A DNA stretch of 59,599 nt, the filler included, from Sphacelaria rigidula (Eukaryota), in NCBI GenBank assembly GCA_964200075.2. It is 10 parts of 10 records of this genome, joined end to end, with 100 filler letters (N's around TTAATTAATTAA, not from the genome) between each part and the next. Parts side by side here need not be neighbours in the genome. Positions count along the whole stretch, not along the records: positions 11,941 to 17,810 come from CAXNAA020023840.1; positions 17,911 to 23,780 come from CAXNAA020023841.1; positions 23,881 to 29,750 come from CAXNAA020023842.1; 7 more parts are not named here. The stretch is one strand, 5' to 3'. Under the pieces are notes generated by a model. It was not told where the DNA came from and ran no database searches. It worked only from the letters and a program-made list of their open reading frames with translations. The first letter of the stretch is position 1. Each line of letters opens with the position of its first letter. Of the stretch, positions 12,441-26,319 are shown piece after piece. Position numbers and translations under genes: made by a program.

Positions 12441-13999
12441 TACGCTAAATGCGGTAGGACGCTGTTAGTTTTCATCAACGCCCACAAGGAATAGTTCCTT
12501 GTGTAAGAGCGTTTCGTATGGGACCAAAAATGCAAACCGATCAACGGTGCACATTTTGACCTATCGGCGGCGATTGTTTGTGTCAAGGACGGCCAGACGG
12601 ATAGTGCCGCCTCGGAATGACTTATTCCATTACCTGAGGGGATCCTGGCACACTTCGGCCAACTTTTGGTGCGCGCAGTTCAACTCAACGTCGAAATATC
12701 GTGCGAATTGTACAGATCCGCCCGATTCACAAACGCGCATGCCTTGAATTTGGTCATTCCCTACGTGTGTTCTGTGGTTACGGGTTTTTCCAATTTTAGT
12801 TTTCAGATTTTTTCTTCATCCTCGGTGTGCATAAGGATTTGAAACATGAGGGTAGATTCACAGGGGTAAAAATAGGTGGAATGCTACATGGTAATGTTTC
12901 GATAGTAGCGCTCGTCGGAAAAAACACGGAATCCAGAGCGGTTTATTCCGCTGTGTGCGTTTCCACCTCCTATATTGAAAAAACGCCGGACAGATTAGAG
13001 AGCCTGATACACATCAACATGCCTCGAAAATGTGATGTCTTGATGGCGTCTGTTATTTTGAACAGCGACAGCCAAAATCCGATCAGATAGGGCGACGCGT
13101 ACTATATACATGTAGATAGGTGATCGTAAACTGGCAGTACTAAAATATTTCTCCGTGTGAAGACGTCATCGATTGTGCCCCATGTGGCTGGATGTTCACC
13201 CTTGTGGCCCCCAGGCTTACTAACTACCAAAATCACGTTTTGCGGGCTGATGCTTAGTGAAGAGAGAATGGCGCACATAACCGAATTCAGTCACGAATGC
13301 ACTCAAAACCTTGCAACTCATGGATTCGTCCTAGATCGGTTTGTCGGTACATCAGCAGTACAGTACAGTAGTAGTGCACAGCACAGCACGGCACCGCACA
13401 GCCGAGTACAGTCCTACAGATTGCCGATCTACATCTGAGCCTGTCCGCCGACAGACGTTGCTTCCACCTCGTTGTCAGGGTAAAAATGGCGTGTCTCGAT
13501 AACGTGCTCGTGAGTGGAGCCAAGAACGAGCGTACAACAGTGCTGCACGGTACAGTACTGTCCCTATATGTGCGGAAAGATGTGCCACAGCCGGACTCCA
13601 TGTTCGCAATAGCTTGTGTGCAATATTTGCTGGCGACTCGTGTCCCTGATCATTATCACGCTGCTGCCAGTCGTGGCGGGAGGAATACTGAGTAGAGAGG
13701 CAGACTCTGTCATTACTGTGTATTGCAACCGTCGCCAACTCTCCGTTCACCTGATCCCGAGCTACTCGTAGGTACCATCAACGCGCTGGCTTTGATTCGC
13801 GTAAACAGAGGGAATGATAACCGCGGGGTTTTCGATGCTTATCCTCCACTCCAAAACCAAACGATGGAATTATCGCGCAACAGAATAAAAACTTTGATAA
13901 ACTATCATCAAGTGTTATCAAGCAGCTATAACTTGAGTGATTTATATCCCGGGAGGACCCGGGTCGTCAATGCACTGTATTCATGTCACGTTAGACCAC

Positions 14000-14318
14000 T
14001 TGCAACCAATCCGTATTCGTACAAATATGAGGATTTTAGCCCGTTCAAATTCGATTTTCTCCCGTGGATTGATTTTTCGGGTTAGGGTTAGGGTTCTTCT
14101 TCGCCTAGCTCTGAGGAAAACCAGTCTCCCCCATCTGAGCAGAAAGGTGATGGACCAAAAGTCAGCGCCCAGACAATCGGAGAACTGATCGTGTTTTCCT
14201 CAAAGCTAGGCGAAAAACATTACCCAACGGACTGGGGTCCAAAAAATCAATCAAGGGGAGAAATCGGATTTAAACGGGCTGAAATCCTCATTTTTGTACA
14301 AATACGGATTTGTTGCAA
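14000..14318. mobile_element. Foldback MITE with internal TTAGGG repeats
   Basis: Long TIRs ttgcaaccaatccgtattcgtacaaatatgagg / cctcatttttgtacaaatacggatttgttgcaa. Mirror peptides ATNPY..EDFSPFK appear on both strands of the ORF track. gggttagggttagggtt lies near 14079. Confidence 0.85.
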
Positions 14319-17300
14319 TACAAAGTGGAGTTAGCCTCTGTAGAACTGCTTGGTTATGGTATAAGGCAGGTCTTGCTATGTTCTGGCCCCGGGATGATTC
14401 TCCTACATGAACGGAAACAAATGCCCTTTTCGATCGCTGGCTGCTTGATCGCCCCACCCTCTGCCGATTTGACCGATAAAGCACCACCGGAAAGTTCGGG
14501 CATTCATACAAAAACATAGTGAGACATTCGGTAGTAGTGGCTGTTCTGACACTTCTTGAGCGCTAGACTAACCAGAATCCGCAGACAAATTCTACTTGTC
14601 TGCGCGTGAACTGTACACCATCGAAGGTACACGTGAACGAGTGTGTATGTACCCCCTGTAATTCTTTGCCATGGGTGACCTAGCTTAAACCCTCCCGCCG
14701 TAGTGTTCCATTCTCATCGATAAGTTCGAAAACTGAAACGGCCGAACGTTGTGACGTTGAACTATTTTTCGAAGATCGCGAATTACTTGAAATATTTCGC
14801 AGGTGTACGGTCTTGATTTCTCGAGAACATGGAGGGTGAACAACCATTTCACATTGGGGCGGGTGCTATACTCCGTCAACTACAATATCCTGCCGATATC
14901 TCACCAACTCCTTGAAGTGCACACGTAGCACCGTTGCGGCTTCGGTCCCTGCTGCTGGCAACCCTTGCCTCTGGTTGAGATCCTCGGAACAGATCCTGCT
15001 GCGATGCAGAATAGTGGAAAAATACAGGAACAGAGCGCGCTTCTGCTGGCGAAGGTGCCAAGTGCTTATGATGGTCAGTGGCTGTTTTGAACCAAGAGAG
15101 TGTGGTGTGATGGTGTGTGAAAGCAAACTCCGATTTCCCGAGGCTGAAAATACGCAGTAGACACACGATGACGGCAAATGTAGACACTGTCGGAGACTTT
15201 TGGCCTTGTTGACGGGGTGCCGACATGTTATGGATCAATCACACCGCCAAAAGGGGCACGGCGAGCTGGCTTGATTTCTTTTTTTTGTCATACACCTTGG
15301 TTCGATGACACAAGCATCAGACCTGCGACCCTGTTAAAGCGCGTCGTATGGTACTCGTCGTATCCGCCTCAAACAAAAAAAAAACGGTGGAAGCGCGCAA
15401 TTGGAAAAATAAGAAAATGCATGCTATAGGGAGCAACCATGACAAATCCCCAGCGCGAGTAGGCAATCATCCTGACGGGACGCACGTGTCGCATTATAGG
15501 TGACGGAGTATAACACCCATACAGAGAAGATGTGTTAATGCCAATGTTTTGAGACATTGTGGCAACGGATGGGCGCTTCAAAGAGATATCGTTCCCAGAA
15601 AATGCAAAGTCGACTTATAATCTCGGGATAATATAGATTGCCATCCCCGCGAGGGTGTCGAGGCCAAAACGCTCTCTACCCCACCCACAGCCAACTTCAG
15701 GAAATCCCGCCGCATATCTTCGAAGACGTCGGCGAAATCTACAACCCGTGATTGATGTTAATGCACAAGTACACCGAGGGCACCCGAGTCGCCTCACGCC
15801 TACCACTACACCTACAGGAAGCAACCTGTCACAAACGACATGGCATTTTTCACCGACAGAATAATAAGTATCTCCCTTCTGTTCTTCGTGGGGGACTAAC
15901 GGTGTGCTCCACGGTGCTCGGCCTTGGTATAGGCCACCGCTGGAGCATATTAACTGATGGCCATCTCGGGAAGCTCTGGCAACACCCAGCGGAAGAATTC
16001 TCCCGAGATACTACTGCACACTCGACAGAGTTGGAGGTGGCGAGTTAGCGGTTAGCACCACTTTCCGTTACAGCTTCGAGAACATGGGATGTGGGTGCTC
16101 AGTGCAGGGGCGCGTTGCTGACGACGACGGCGACGACGACGACGACGACCAGGTGCCGACGAAAAGCTGTTGATAAAGTATGGAGTCGCCCGCCCACAGC
16201 GATCCTTCCATGCTGTGTGTCCCGATCATGAACCTTTCCTTGTCAATAAAAAAGCCAGTGTCACCATGAGCTTCGTTTCACGAGCATGTATCATTGACTG
16301 ACAGCGGCAGCTGCCAATGTTCGCCGAGGCAGTGAGTACCGCATACGAAACATCGTCACCAATGTAGTATACCCTTTAAACCGCGGTGACGATGCTTCGT
16401 ATGCCGTGTACAGTAGAACAAAAGCGCCTCGCTATCGTGAAACAGACAGGCAGATTTTCAACTCAAGCGCGTTTGATCGGCATCATTTTAGCCCATCTGT
16501 CAGATCGGCATCATTTTAAGTCAATTATGAACGACACGGGTGTCCATCTGCGGATGCTCATCACATAGCATTATGCTAAACAAAGAAATTTGACGTGAGA
16601 AGACGGAGCTCGGGAGCCGTCGCGAAAAAAGACAGATTGAGGAGTAGCCAAGTGCTGGCCACAAGCACGTGAGAAATACTTCGCTAGTGGGGAAACGTCT
16701 CATCAAGGAGTAATTCATGACCGAAACGTTCCCTCATATCTTAATCATGTTCCCCGAGGTGAGAGCATCCGGCCCACCAGAGGGAAGATCAACTACCACA
16801 TGTCACCGAGACATCATACGGTCAAATAGCAGGGATATACGGTGCTTAGAGCGCAGGATTCCGTGAAACAATGGCTGTTGGTAGCGACGTCGCAGTACTC
16901 CCCATCGTCGCCCTTGACGATGGGCAGTGTGTGGACGTTCATCCATATCATGACACGATTAATTGATAGACCGGCTACCGTATATTTACTGGTTTGCCAC
17001 GAGTGTAGGCATTGTTACACGAGATGGACGTAAAGGAGATGAATCAAGGAAAGTACCTGCGACGCGAAACTACACGAAGGGAGAAGACCGGGGAGGAACA
17101 GAGAGGACACAGGGCGAACTGAAGAGAAAATATAACAGAGGGAAGAGAGGGAAAGGGGGGGGAAAATCAAACATAGGGGGCACGCTAGGCTAGGAGTTAT
17201 GCGTGCTGTACTGCGATGACTATCTGACGATAGCGCAAAACACACCCTGTAAATGTTCGTGAGTGACAAATATCTAAAACAGGCTTGCAAAATTATCACA

Positions 17301-18001
17301 GGAGCCAATGCCCCCTCCCCCCCCCCGACCTCCTCCCCTCGAAAGGGATGCGTGGCCAATGGTCAAACGACTACGGCAAGCAACAAATGAGTACGCCCGC
17401 CCCCAACCTCCTCCCCTGGGCGTTTCTCGGGCGAAACCGGGTCTTGTGGCCTTTGCTCCTGAGGGCTATAGACATGGGGCCCTTGGGGAATATAAACGTT
17501 TCCGAACACTTCGCCAAACAAGAAAGCTAGCAGAAGCGGGGTGTGTGTCGAACGCAGCCCGCCCCGTGCTTCGGCGCCCACATGAAACACCAGCAAACGG
17601 GTACTGAAACTCATGATATTCATGTCGGTGTTCGCCGATCCTGGCCCTGCATTAGACTCGTGCTAGGGGTGGTGCTTTTCAAGTAAATTTTGGCCGAAAT
17701 ATACATGATAGGGTTCATAATTGAAAGAAGAAAACTTGATTGCATCTACTAGTCGACACCCGCTCACTGTAGCGCTCGTTACCGGAACACCCCGTTGGGA
17801 ACAGTAGATCNNNNNNNNNNNNNNNNNNNNNNNNNNNNNNNNNNNNNNNNNNNNTTAATTAATTAANNNNNNNNNNNNNNNNNNNNNNNNNNNNNNNNNN
17901 NNNNNNNNNNGCATGCCAGCCCACTGGTCTTATGACTATGGCATGCATGATCATGAGTACACCCCCCCGTTCCTCCCCCTCTCCCCCCTCCTTCCTCCCA
18001 G

Positions 18002-21000
18002 GTGGCCATTTGCGAACAGTACCTGATCCCCAAGGCGAGACGCGAAAACGGGATCGATAAGGTGCGACAGCACTATATCGTCAAAAACCAGCGTTGGTGT
18101 ATTAAAAAAAAAGTGTACCAGAGGACGAAAACGAAGACAAATCAGCAACACGCCGTCGATTGTTACAGCCGATTTCGATATGCACGGTTGATTTTTCTGA
18201 GTTCTTATACCGTTGTGGCATTCAACTATTTTGAGAGAAAGAAGCCCAGCAAGCGGTGCCAGCCAAGAGGGCTCCACTGCGTACAGCAGGCGTGTATACC
18301 CTTGCTGTCCAGAAAAGTGTAGTCGACTTGGCAGTCAAACCTACCAGTACTCTTGTAAATCATGGGATGGGTAGAATTTCACAGTAGCACACGGCCCAAA
18401 CCACTCCCCAACACACTGGTACATCGTGTCTAGTGTCGAACTGTGCATCGGCATTTTGACATCACGTACTACACGCACGGGATGGGACTTATCAGATGAT
18501 GCGTAAAAACCTCTTTGCATGACGTGGAACGTGCGCTAGGTCCACACATGTAAGAAACCGCTGATGACACTTGCGAATTAGTTGTTCTGGAATGCTGTTG
18601 TTGCCAAGCTGCAAGGCCATTCTCAACGAAGTACTTGTTGTGAAATGACGCTGTAGCCCATATGGTTCTGCCGGTGCAAACATTTAGAAGCTAAAAGACA
18701 TGAATCGTTTTCCCCCGCGAGTACATTACGAACACGCGAGGTGTACATGATTCAAACACGGTGTGCCACCCGTACTACACGCAGGCACTCGGAACGAGTC
18801 GTGCATATCGAAGTCTCAGACCGTTTTGCACATGTCTCGCACGGGCTCGTTCAACACCGCTGAGCTCGTGCGTAGAAAACTTTCCACACCTTGTTTTACC
18901 CATCACAATGCCGATCCAGGAAAAGAGTATGGGACGCGTCCAGATCAAGCGGGATGCGATCGAGAGCCTTGTCAGGCGACACCCCAGGGAAGGGGGAGTG
19001 AGGCACCTCGAGGAGCAGATAAATACGGTGTGTGCTGCTGACCTTGCTGCTGATGCTGCTTACAGTGCTCACGTCTCGAACTCAATCCATGGCCTGTGAA
19101 ATGCCCTTGATTCCCATCACCTCCCGGCGTCATATACAGGCTAGCGAATTTATCGTTCTCAACACTCACAACTCCCCCTGTTTAAATGTCCCCCTAACCC
19201 CGGTCTCTACAACCATCTGTCACACGTCGAATGTTACTCATCTATCTCACGGTGAAATCAGATATGCCGCAAGGCGGCGGCGAAGATTGTGCTCGAGGAT
19301 CAGGAAGCGGGTTCTCGACCGCCGACGCAAATGGCCACTACAGTTGTCACTGTGAACAATCTGGAAAAGGTGGAGTGCGAGTGCGGTAGAAACGTTCCTC
19401 GAACACTTGACGATGGACTGGCAAAAGAAGTCTCCTCGAAAATCCGAAACACGTGACTGAACATGGAAGACCTCATGCTCCCCGATCTCCGTGAACATAT
19501 ATTTTGGGAGGTTCCCCTCTGCCGTTCCTCCTCTCCCCCCCCCCTTCCTTGAAGTGTCCCGTTTCCCACCCCGAAATCAAGGCAAAAAAATGCCTTCGCA
19601 CATACCTCTTGAGGGAACTGCAGGCGACTCTCAACCCTTGAACGGCGACCTTCCCCGCAGGTAGACTGAGATCGTTTTCGTTGTTGTTGTTGTTGTCTTC
19701 ACATTTAAAACCGTTCCGATATCTGCGCCGTACATTCGTACTGGGCATCTGATGCGGATGCCTACGGTGGTCACAGGCTAGCGAAAAGCGAAAAACAAAT
19801 TTTGACCCAGATTAAAATCTCACAAAACTCGATACAAGCGAAACAGGGATGGATAATAAAGAAGGAAGTGCATATGGCTAGCCTCAGAAGATCCGGTACC
19901 ACTGAGATGGTTCCGTCATTTTTGATTTTCGTCTGAGTGTAAACCATGGGATATGGTGGACTCGTTTTACCCTCATGGCAGTAGTCGCTGGACACAGTGG
20001 TAACCAACCTCGCAAAGTCATACCGGAGTGACCTTTGGTTTCGTTTTCTAATTCCGGTATTTTTTATGTGTTCCTCCCGTACGCGAATAGTATGCGCCCC
20101 CCGCCCCAATACACCGAGGGGGAGCACCCGACCTGCGACACCACCGTTGGGATGATCCTTTGATGACTCCATTCTCCCGTGCCAAATTTTGAGGTTCAAC
20201 TCTCGAAAAATTGAGCCGAGGCGTGGCCTGCAACTTTCAAAGTCCCGTCTAGGCCGGTCCAGCTCGAAGTCGTGTGCTGTATATCATGGCGTACTTTTTC
20301 ACGTGCCCATCGGTACGATTCCTGACGCTTCTACCCCGTGTCGCTTCATCTAATTTGCCCCTGATAAATCGTCACATGCCTTGGATAAATAGTTCATGGG
20401 AGAGCCGGTCGTCGCATCCGATCGCCGATACGAGTGGAATACCCGTATTGGTGTGGTCAACGGTCTTGCGTGCACAGCCGAGGGCGGTCGTTTGATCATC
20501 GTCGAGTCTATTGCTATCCCATCGCCGTCGAGTGATCCTGCCACGACCGCCGATGATGCGGGTGGCGCAAACAGAGCGGCAGGAGGCGTGGGCAGGGGAA
20601 AGGCGGATCTTATCGTCACCGGGCAGCTCGGTCCCGTTATGATGGAGAGTGCACAGGTGTCTTTCGCGGACGGGCGGCGAAGGGGGTAGGGGTTGGTTTG
20701 AGTGCCCCACAGTTGACACGTGTTGGTTGCTTCATGTGTGTCTGTACACGGAAACAAGACGTGTATGGCGCCAACAACCATGAGGCGTACCAGGGAAGAA
20801 AATAGGAAACAATATCATGTCTAAAAACGGTATTGATGCTTGCATGTGTTTGCCCACGATCTTTCCACCTGTTTTTCTCGTGTTTTCTGGTTCGTTCATG
20901 TCTGAATTGTTTCATGTGTCTTTCCATGACTTGCTTTGCCCTCCCTTACTGCCTTGTTGAGATGACGTCCGAATTCCGTCGCTTGCCTGCCACTGCTGTC

Positions 21001-21828
21001 AGCTTGCGTTCTCCGTGGCGCAGAATATTCTACCCTCACTCATGTCGGACCGCGCGGAGTTTTTCAACCAAGTCAAAGAAGTGCACATTCATGTGCCGGA
21101 AGGGGAAACGCCAAAAAATGGTCCATCGGCGGGGGTTACCATGGTAACATCGCTTCTCTCGCTGGCGACCAACACGCCTGTGAGGACGGACCTGGCCATG
21201 ACTGGCGAGCTGTCGTTAACCGGAATGGTGTGTGCGATGAGAGCATGGTGTAGTGCTTGTTCCAAGGGTGTAGGTGCACACTGAGTGGAGCCACAACTTG
21301 AAGATGTTAGTATTTTGCACATGTGTAGATCTCTAATTGATACGTGCGCAGATTTGGTTTGGTTGTCGCACGTGCAACCTTTCCTATCGTGTTGACGCTC
21401 TCGAACCTTGTTGTTCCTTGTTCCTGACCGCACAGCAGTCCCTCTTTCCCAAGCACGCAGCAGACCCCAACAAAGTTGGAGTGGCGTGTAGCACGTTTAC
21501 TATCTGCGGAACGTGCTTCGTGGCACCCTCATTTGCACAACGCATACAAAGTCCATGTGATGGGTAGCACGTTTGCTCTCCGCGGAACGTTCTTGATGGT
21601 ACCTGTCATCTTTTTGTGAAGTGAGTTACGCGCTCTCTGGAGGCGGTTGAAATGACCCGTCATATTGCCCCTTTTTTAATAATGAACCCCGAGCAGGTTC
21701 TGCCCGTGGGTGATATCAAGGAAAAAATTATCGCAGCGAAGGAGTGGGGTAAACGTTGCCTCGTGCTCCCTCAAGAAAACAAGGAGCACTTCGACAAGCT
21801 GCCGAATGATCTCAAGAATGGTTTCGAG
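18002..21828 (+). CDS. LON: Lon protease (LonA type), C-terminal exons; partial and divergent gene
   Basis: Six phase-0 GT-AG exons: 18002-18061, 18920-19027, 19262-19369, 20393-20656, 21003-21227, 21697-21828. Motifs: [44 protein letters not shown] (catalytic Ser), [20 protein letters not shown] (catalytic Lys). Confidence 0.93.
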
Positions 21829-22239
21829 GTGGGTTGATTCAGAGTTGGATTCTTCCCTGTACATGAAACCCCCTGCCCCCGCCCTCGCCCCTGGAATATG
21901 CCTACAGTCCTTTTATCAGCACCCCTCTACCCATTGTATATTTACAGCACAAAACCGTACGGCGCAAGAGTGGCATTTTATTGTTTAGGATGAGAAACCC
22001 GGAAAAATGAAATATTCTCATCCACAGTAAATATTCGAAGTCTTGTTCAATTTCTTTCCTCGCTGGTGGCCATTGACAACTACCACACCGCATTCAAACT
22101 TTGATTTCAAAACCCGAAACGTTGGGGTCCGGAGTGAAAAACCGATTTCGGGGAATTGCGGTGATTTGTCGCATCATTTGAATTCCCCACAACCGTTTCT
22201 TAGCCTAGAACCCCAACAAGCCTTCCCATCAGGATCCAA

Positions 22240-22379
22240 ATTTGTATGGCGTGTAGTAGTGATCAATAGCTACCTGTAGGTGAAAAGGTGGAACTACATT
22301 TTGAAGATTTGGTATGGCATGTAGTAGTGATCAATGGCTACCAGTAGGTGGAAGAGGTGAACCTGCATTTTGAAGATTT
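22240..22379. repeat. Tandem duplication of a unit of about 67 bp
   Basis: gtatggc.tgtagtagtgatcaat.gctacc.gtaggtg...cattttgaagattt occurs twice. Confidence 0.75.
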
Positions 22380-23399
22380 AACGTGGGTACAAAGATTTCA
22401 ATTCTCCGGGTTCTCGTCCTCAACAGAAAATCTATCCGTAATCTATGAAATCCCGTGTTGATATTCTGAATTTGACGACGAATGCTCAATTCTGAAACAT
22501 AGACTTTCAAAATAACGTCTAGACTCGCCACAACCTGCAGACGTACACGCTGTCCTGCGTGTGTTGATGTCCGGCGTCCAACAGGGCGCGAGTCCGTCCA
22601 ACTGGTGACGGCTGTCGTCGCGAACACGTCTTAGTATCTTCGAGACTTCCATGTTTCCACGAAGCGCGCGAATGACGTCCCCTCTGATATGAAGGTCTCC
22701 TTGGGTTTCCTCTTTTTCGCGTGTTCTACGTCCCCTCTTGAACAGGTTCATTTTGCAAGCACGTACCAAGACATTTATCGTGTTGCCCTTGACCACCATG
22801 AAGAGTAAAAAGGGCCCCTCCCGCCAGCGTGGGAGTATCCGAGTCAGGGGCAGTTCCGCTCGGGCCTGCGGTGTAGCCCGTAAGTACATTGAGCACATCG
22901 AGCACATTCTTCACCTCGGCTCAGGATTGGTATTGCGCATACGAGACTCGTGGTGCACGCTTTGCACGGGATTGCAGTGAAGTATGTCGGGCCAAGCGTC
23001 AACTTGGGAGGTCGGGAAAGGAGCGCGTCCCTAACTGCGGAAGGGGCCTGTTCGAGCGAGCATGCTGACTAAATTGCTCGTTGTGCAAAGGAAGTAGGAT
23101 GATGGTGTGATCGGGTATGCTCACACTGTCGTGAGGACAAGCATGATCTGTAGGATGCTGCGTGCATGCTGGATTGCGTGATATTGGCACAACGATTATG
23201 TGAACGGAATAACCGGAGTATAGTGGTGTTGGGGTATTTATAAGAGGCGTTTCATGGGATTGTGTGGCATGACGCATTCCTGTTGCTATCCCGTGGTGAG
23301 GCACGCATGTGCCACCCGCCCGAATTCAGTTCATGTTTTATATCGGTTTCATGCGGCTGGGAGTGGTGATGAGAAAAGGGCTGGAGAGGTACGACAGGA

Positions 23400-23711
23400 G
23401 GGTGGAAGAGATGAAGAGGAAACAGGGGGAACTCGTACAGAATAATAGTGGAGCTAGGGGGCGCGGCGGAGATGTTCACCATGAATAATTGATTGAGAAC
23501 ATTAGTTTGCGTATGTTTTGATTGTTGTTAGTATGTGTTTGTTATCGGCTCTGAACGTGGAAGGGAGTTTTGCAATGTGTATAGTGATTGGAGGAGTATT
23601 CCTCGAGAGATTCGTCGACTACCGCACTGGTATAGTTTTCTGTTCGTGATGGTGCAGTTAGAAATGATATCGCCGTTAACAGAGGATTCTGATATCACCC
23701 CCCCCCCCCCT
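23400..23711 (-). mobile_element. Possible polypurine tract and start of a 3' LTR
   Basis: On the minus strand an A(G)n purine run is followed immediately by TGATATCAG at 23697. The other LTR end is not identified, so the start coordinate is approximate. Confidence 0.3.
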
Positions 23712-23880
23712 ACCACAACCATAGAAAGGGGGGGTTAGGAAAAGGGTGTAAAATCAAAATGGCATAAATACGCTGAAGGANNNNNNNNNNNNNNNNNNNN
23801 NNNNNNNNNNNNNNNNNNNNNNNNTTAATTAATTAANNNNNNNNNNNNNNNNNNNNNNNNNNNNNNNNNNNNNNNNNNNN

Positions 23881-24110
23881 TGTGTGTGTTGTCGTCCCAT
23901 CTATTCTGGACGCCGGTCTACACTTTTCGGTATATGTGGGCGTATCAGCCGGGGTCACACAGGAGGAAGGTCAATACAGGAGTTTTTTTTTTTTTTAGTA
24001 CTCTAACTTCCTTCCCCGGTGCTTGCCTTTATTTTTTATCGCGAGAGGGGCTCAGCAGTCCCTTTCTCTCGTCGACCGTAGAGTCGAATTTTGTGTACCC
24101 AGGCATAGTC
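23881..24110 (-). mobile_element. SINE family 1, body and (CA)n tail
   Basis: Shares tcgtcccatctattct.gacgccggtctacac...gccggggtcacacaggagga with copies at about 34015 and 51572, and shares its body with the copy at 26000-26276. Confidence 0.75.
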
Positions 24111-24308
24111 GCTTTCCACGGTAGTATGGGCTTGTATCTCCTCAAGAAAAGAGGCGTCCCTACATCCCCACTCACCACGCCTAAACGTTCCATGTCTATA
24201 TGTGGTTCAACCGGCGAGGTGACCGCCCCTCCCGCTGCCACCCGCAAAATTAATGTATGAAGGACAGAGAAAACGGCAAACAGACTCTGGCCTTATACAA
24301 ACAGTAGG

Positions 24309-24507
24309 TGTAATGCGTGAGAGGACCGCGTGCTTAGAGGACCGCACCGTAATTTGAACATCCCTTTGGTTGGGGTTAGAGTTGGGGTTAGGGTCAGGGG
24401 CGTGGTAACTGCAGGGACTGACCTGATTGGTTTTGAAAAACGTCGATCCTGAGGTATTTTGAACTACGGCGCGGTCCTCTAAGCACGCGGTCCTCTTACG
24501 CATTGCA
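24309..24507. mobile_element. MITE with TIRs of about 35 bp and telomere-like interior
   Basis: taatgcgtgagaggaccgcgtgcttagaggaccgc / gcggtcctctaagcacgcggtcctcttacgcatt, with internal ggggttagagttggggttagggtcagggg. A second copy is at 40486-40702. Confidence 0.85.
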
Positions 24508-25560
24508 GTGGGTACAACACAAGGAGCAGTCCAATATTATTTAGGATCGGTCTTCTATCGTATACGACTCTCATCTAATTATTTTTCATTTATGACGAGC
24601 AGGAACGATGAGCACTCCACAGCGGTGCAGCATCGGCTGTTGTGTTGTTTTGTGGTTTGTGCGTGCGCAACTTTCTACATCAGAGTCAAGGTATATTGGT
24701 TGTCATATTCGTGGATACATTGACCAACTCAGAACGACACAGGGATCAATACGCGTGGATGGGTTGAAACATGAGTGCTGACATATGTGGCAACCCACTC
24801 GATTTTTGTTTAGCAGGCTCATGCTGGTATAGTACAGTACAATAATGATGTACTTCGAAGTATGTTTCTTTTCTTGAGATACAAGCAAGAATACATACTG
24901 TTGTACCAACATGTGTCTTGATGTCAACCACCCTACGCATAAAGTGCATGCGGGGACCGGCGAGGTCGCCGGAAACACGACAACGAGGAACTGCAGCAGT
25001 CTTAACGCCGGTACCACGGCACCAGCGCAACATTTATGTAGACGGTACAGTTTGTAGTGCCCAGGGTCAGTACAACACATGCTACAGCAAATACAATATT
25101 CAATATTTACAGTACTATCGCACCGTGCGTGACTACTCTCTGTATACGGTACTGTCTGTGGTTATTGAACACGTACAAAAATAGCTGGGTCGGCTACCTA
25201 CCAAGCGTATGTGATGGTGTGAACGGCTGCTGCTGCTTTTGCCACTAGCTGATGGTGGTTCGTCTCTACATGTGTGTGAGGGCTATGATGATGTCCGTGT
25301 GTGTGGGCTCTCTTGTCCGGGGGTGCATTCAAAAATGCGTTAGTTGGACCGGCGGATCTGCTCAAACGTGCCACGGAACTGGTTGTACTTTGGGGCTAGG
25401 TTCTGAGAATCTGCCCGTGGGGGTAGAAATACGCCGGCCGCCGCAACCCTGCAGAATAGAGCACGAGTTGAGCACAGGGATATATATACTGCAGTAGTTG
25501 GGTGTGCTTTGTTTATTCTTTGTTAGCGAAATCTTACGCATCTTCTCTCATGGTGGGCAT

Positions 25561-25984
25561 CAGGGACGGAACTGCGTAGTACGGTGGGCAACCGAGTTGC
25601 GTGCACGCTCATGGACAGTGCAGCAGGCAGTACAAAGCTGCACGTTGCTGAGTGAAGTCCTTTTCACGTCGCATTGTAAGCAGAGAAAACTGATAGTCCT
25701 GGGCAGTTTGCACTGCACGTTGCCCGCTTCTCCTTTATATCCTCCTGCACGAAACACGCACACACGCACTCAAGACACCCTGCTTGCAAGCAGTGCAGAC
25801 GGTATAGACTGTCTGTACCGTACACGAGTGACCATGTACCGTTTCACGATTTCACTGTCTTTCTTCGATTGAAAGCTTGAAAATCCATCCGGACCCAACT
25901 GCATCAAAGCGAGAATATTTCGCTCGAATCAATTCCACCGCCTCATTGTTTCGATCGAAAAGAAAAGTGCCAAGACAGCCCCTG
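25561..25984 (+). mobile_element. Non-autonomous TIR element (CAGGG ends, hAT-like)
   Basis: cagggacggaac...gacagccctg. A homologous reversed copy is at 36721-37324. Confidence 0.6.
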
Positions 25985-25999
25985 AAAATACTTTTTTCG

Positions 26000-26276
26000 C
26001 ACAGAGGAAGGCTAACACAGGAGTTTTTTTCTTTTGAAATTCTTTTGAGCACCCCACCTTCCTTCTGCGGTGCTTACTTTCTTTTTACCGAGAGAAGGGT
26101 TCAGCGGTCCCTTCCCTCGTCGACCGTGAAGTCGTACTGTGTGTCCTCACGATATAGTCGCTCTTCACTGTTGGACATGGTGTGAGAGAAAATCCCAGGT
26201 CTTCCCGAGATTTGGACCCACGTCCCAGCCGTCAGAGGGTTTCGAGGTTACCATCTGAGCCACCGGAGCGACCGGC
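26000..26276 (-). mobile_element. SINE family 1 with tRNA-derived head
   Basis: Minus-strand head has an A-box (GGTGGCTCAGATGG) and a B-box-like motif (GGTCCAAATC), followed by the body shared with the 23881 and 51572 copies. Confidence 0.75.
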
Positions 26277-26319
26277 TACTGCTGTGTGTTCCTCAATCTT
26301 GTCACCACTGTGAAACGTT

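Noticed and set aside
14905..14998. Minus-strand exon of a gene in contig 3
   Set aside because: Splice-like ends are present, but all three frames are open and no product or partner exon could be established.
25770..25812. Minus-strand CxxC exon (TVYTVCTACKQG)
   Set aside because: It lies inside a repeated non-autonomous element.
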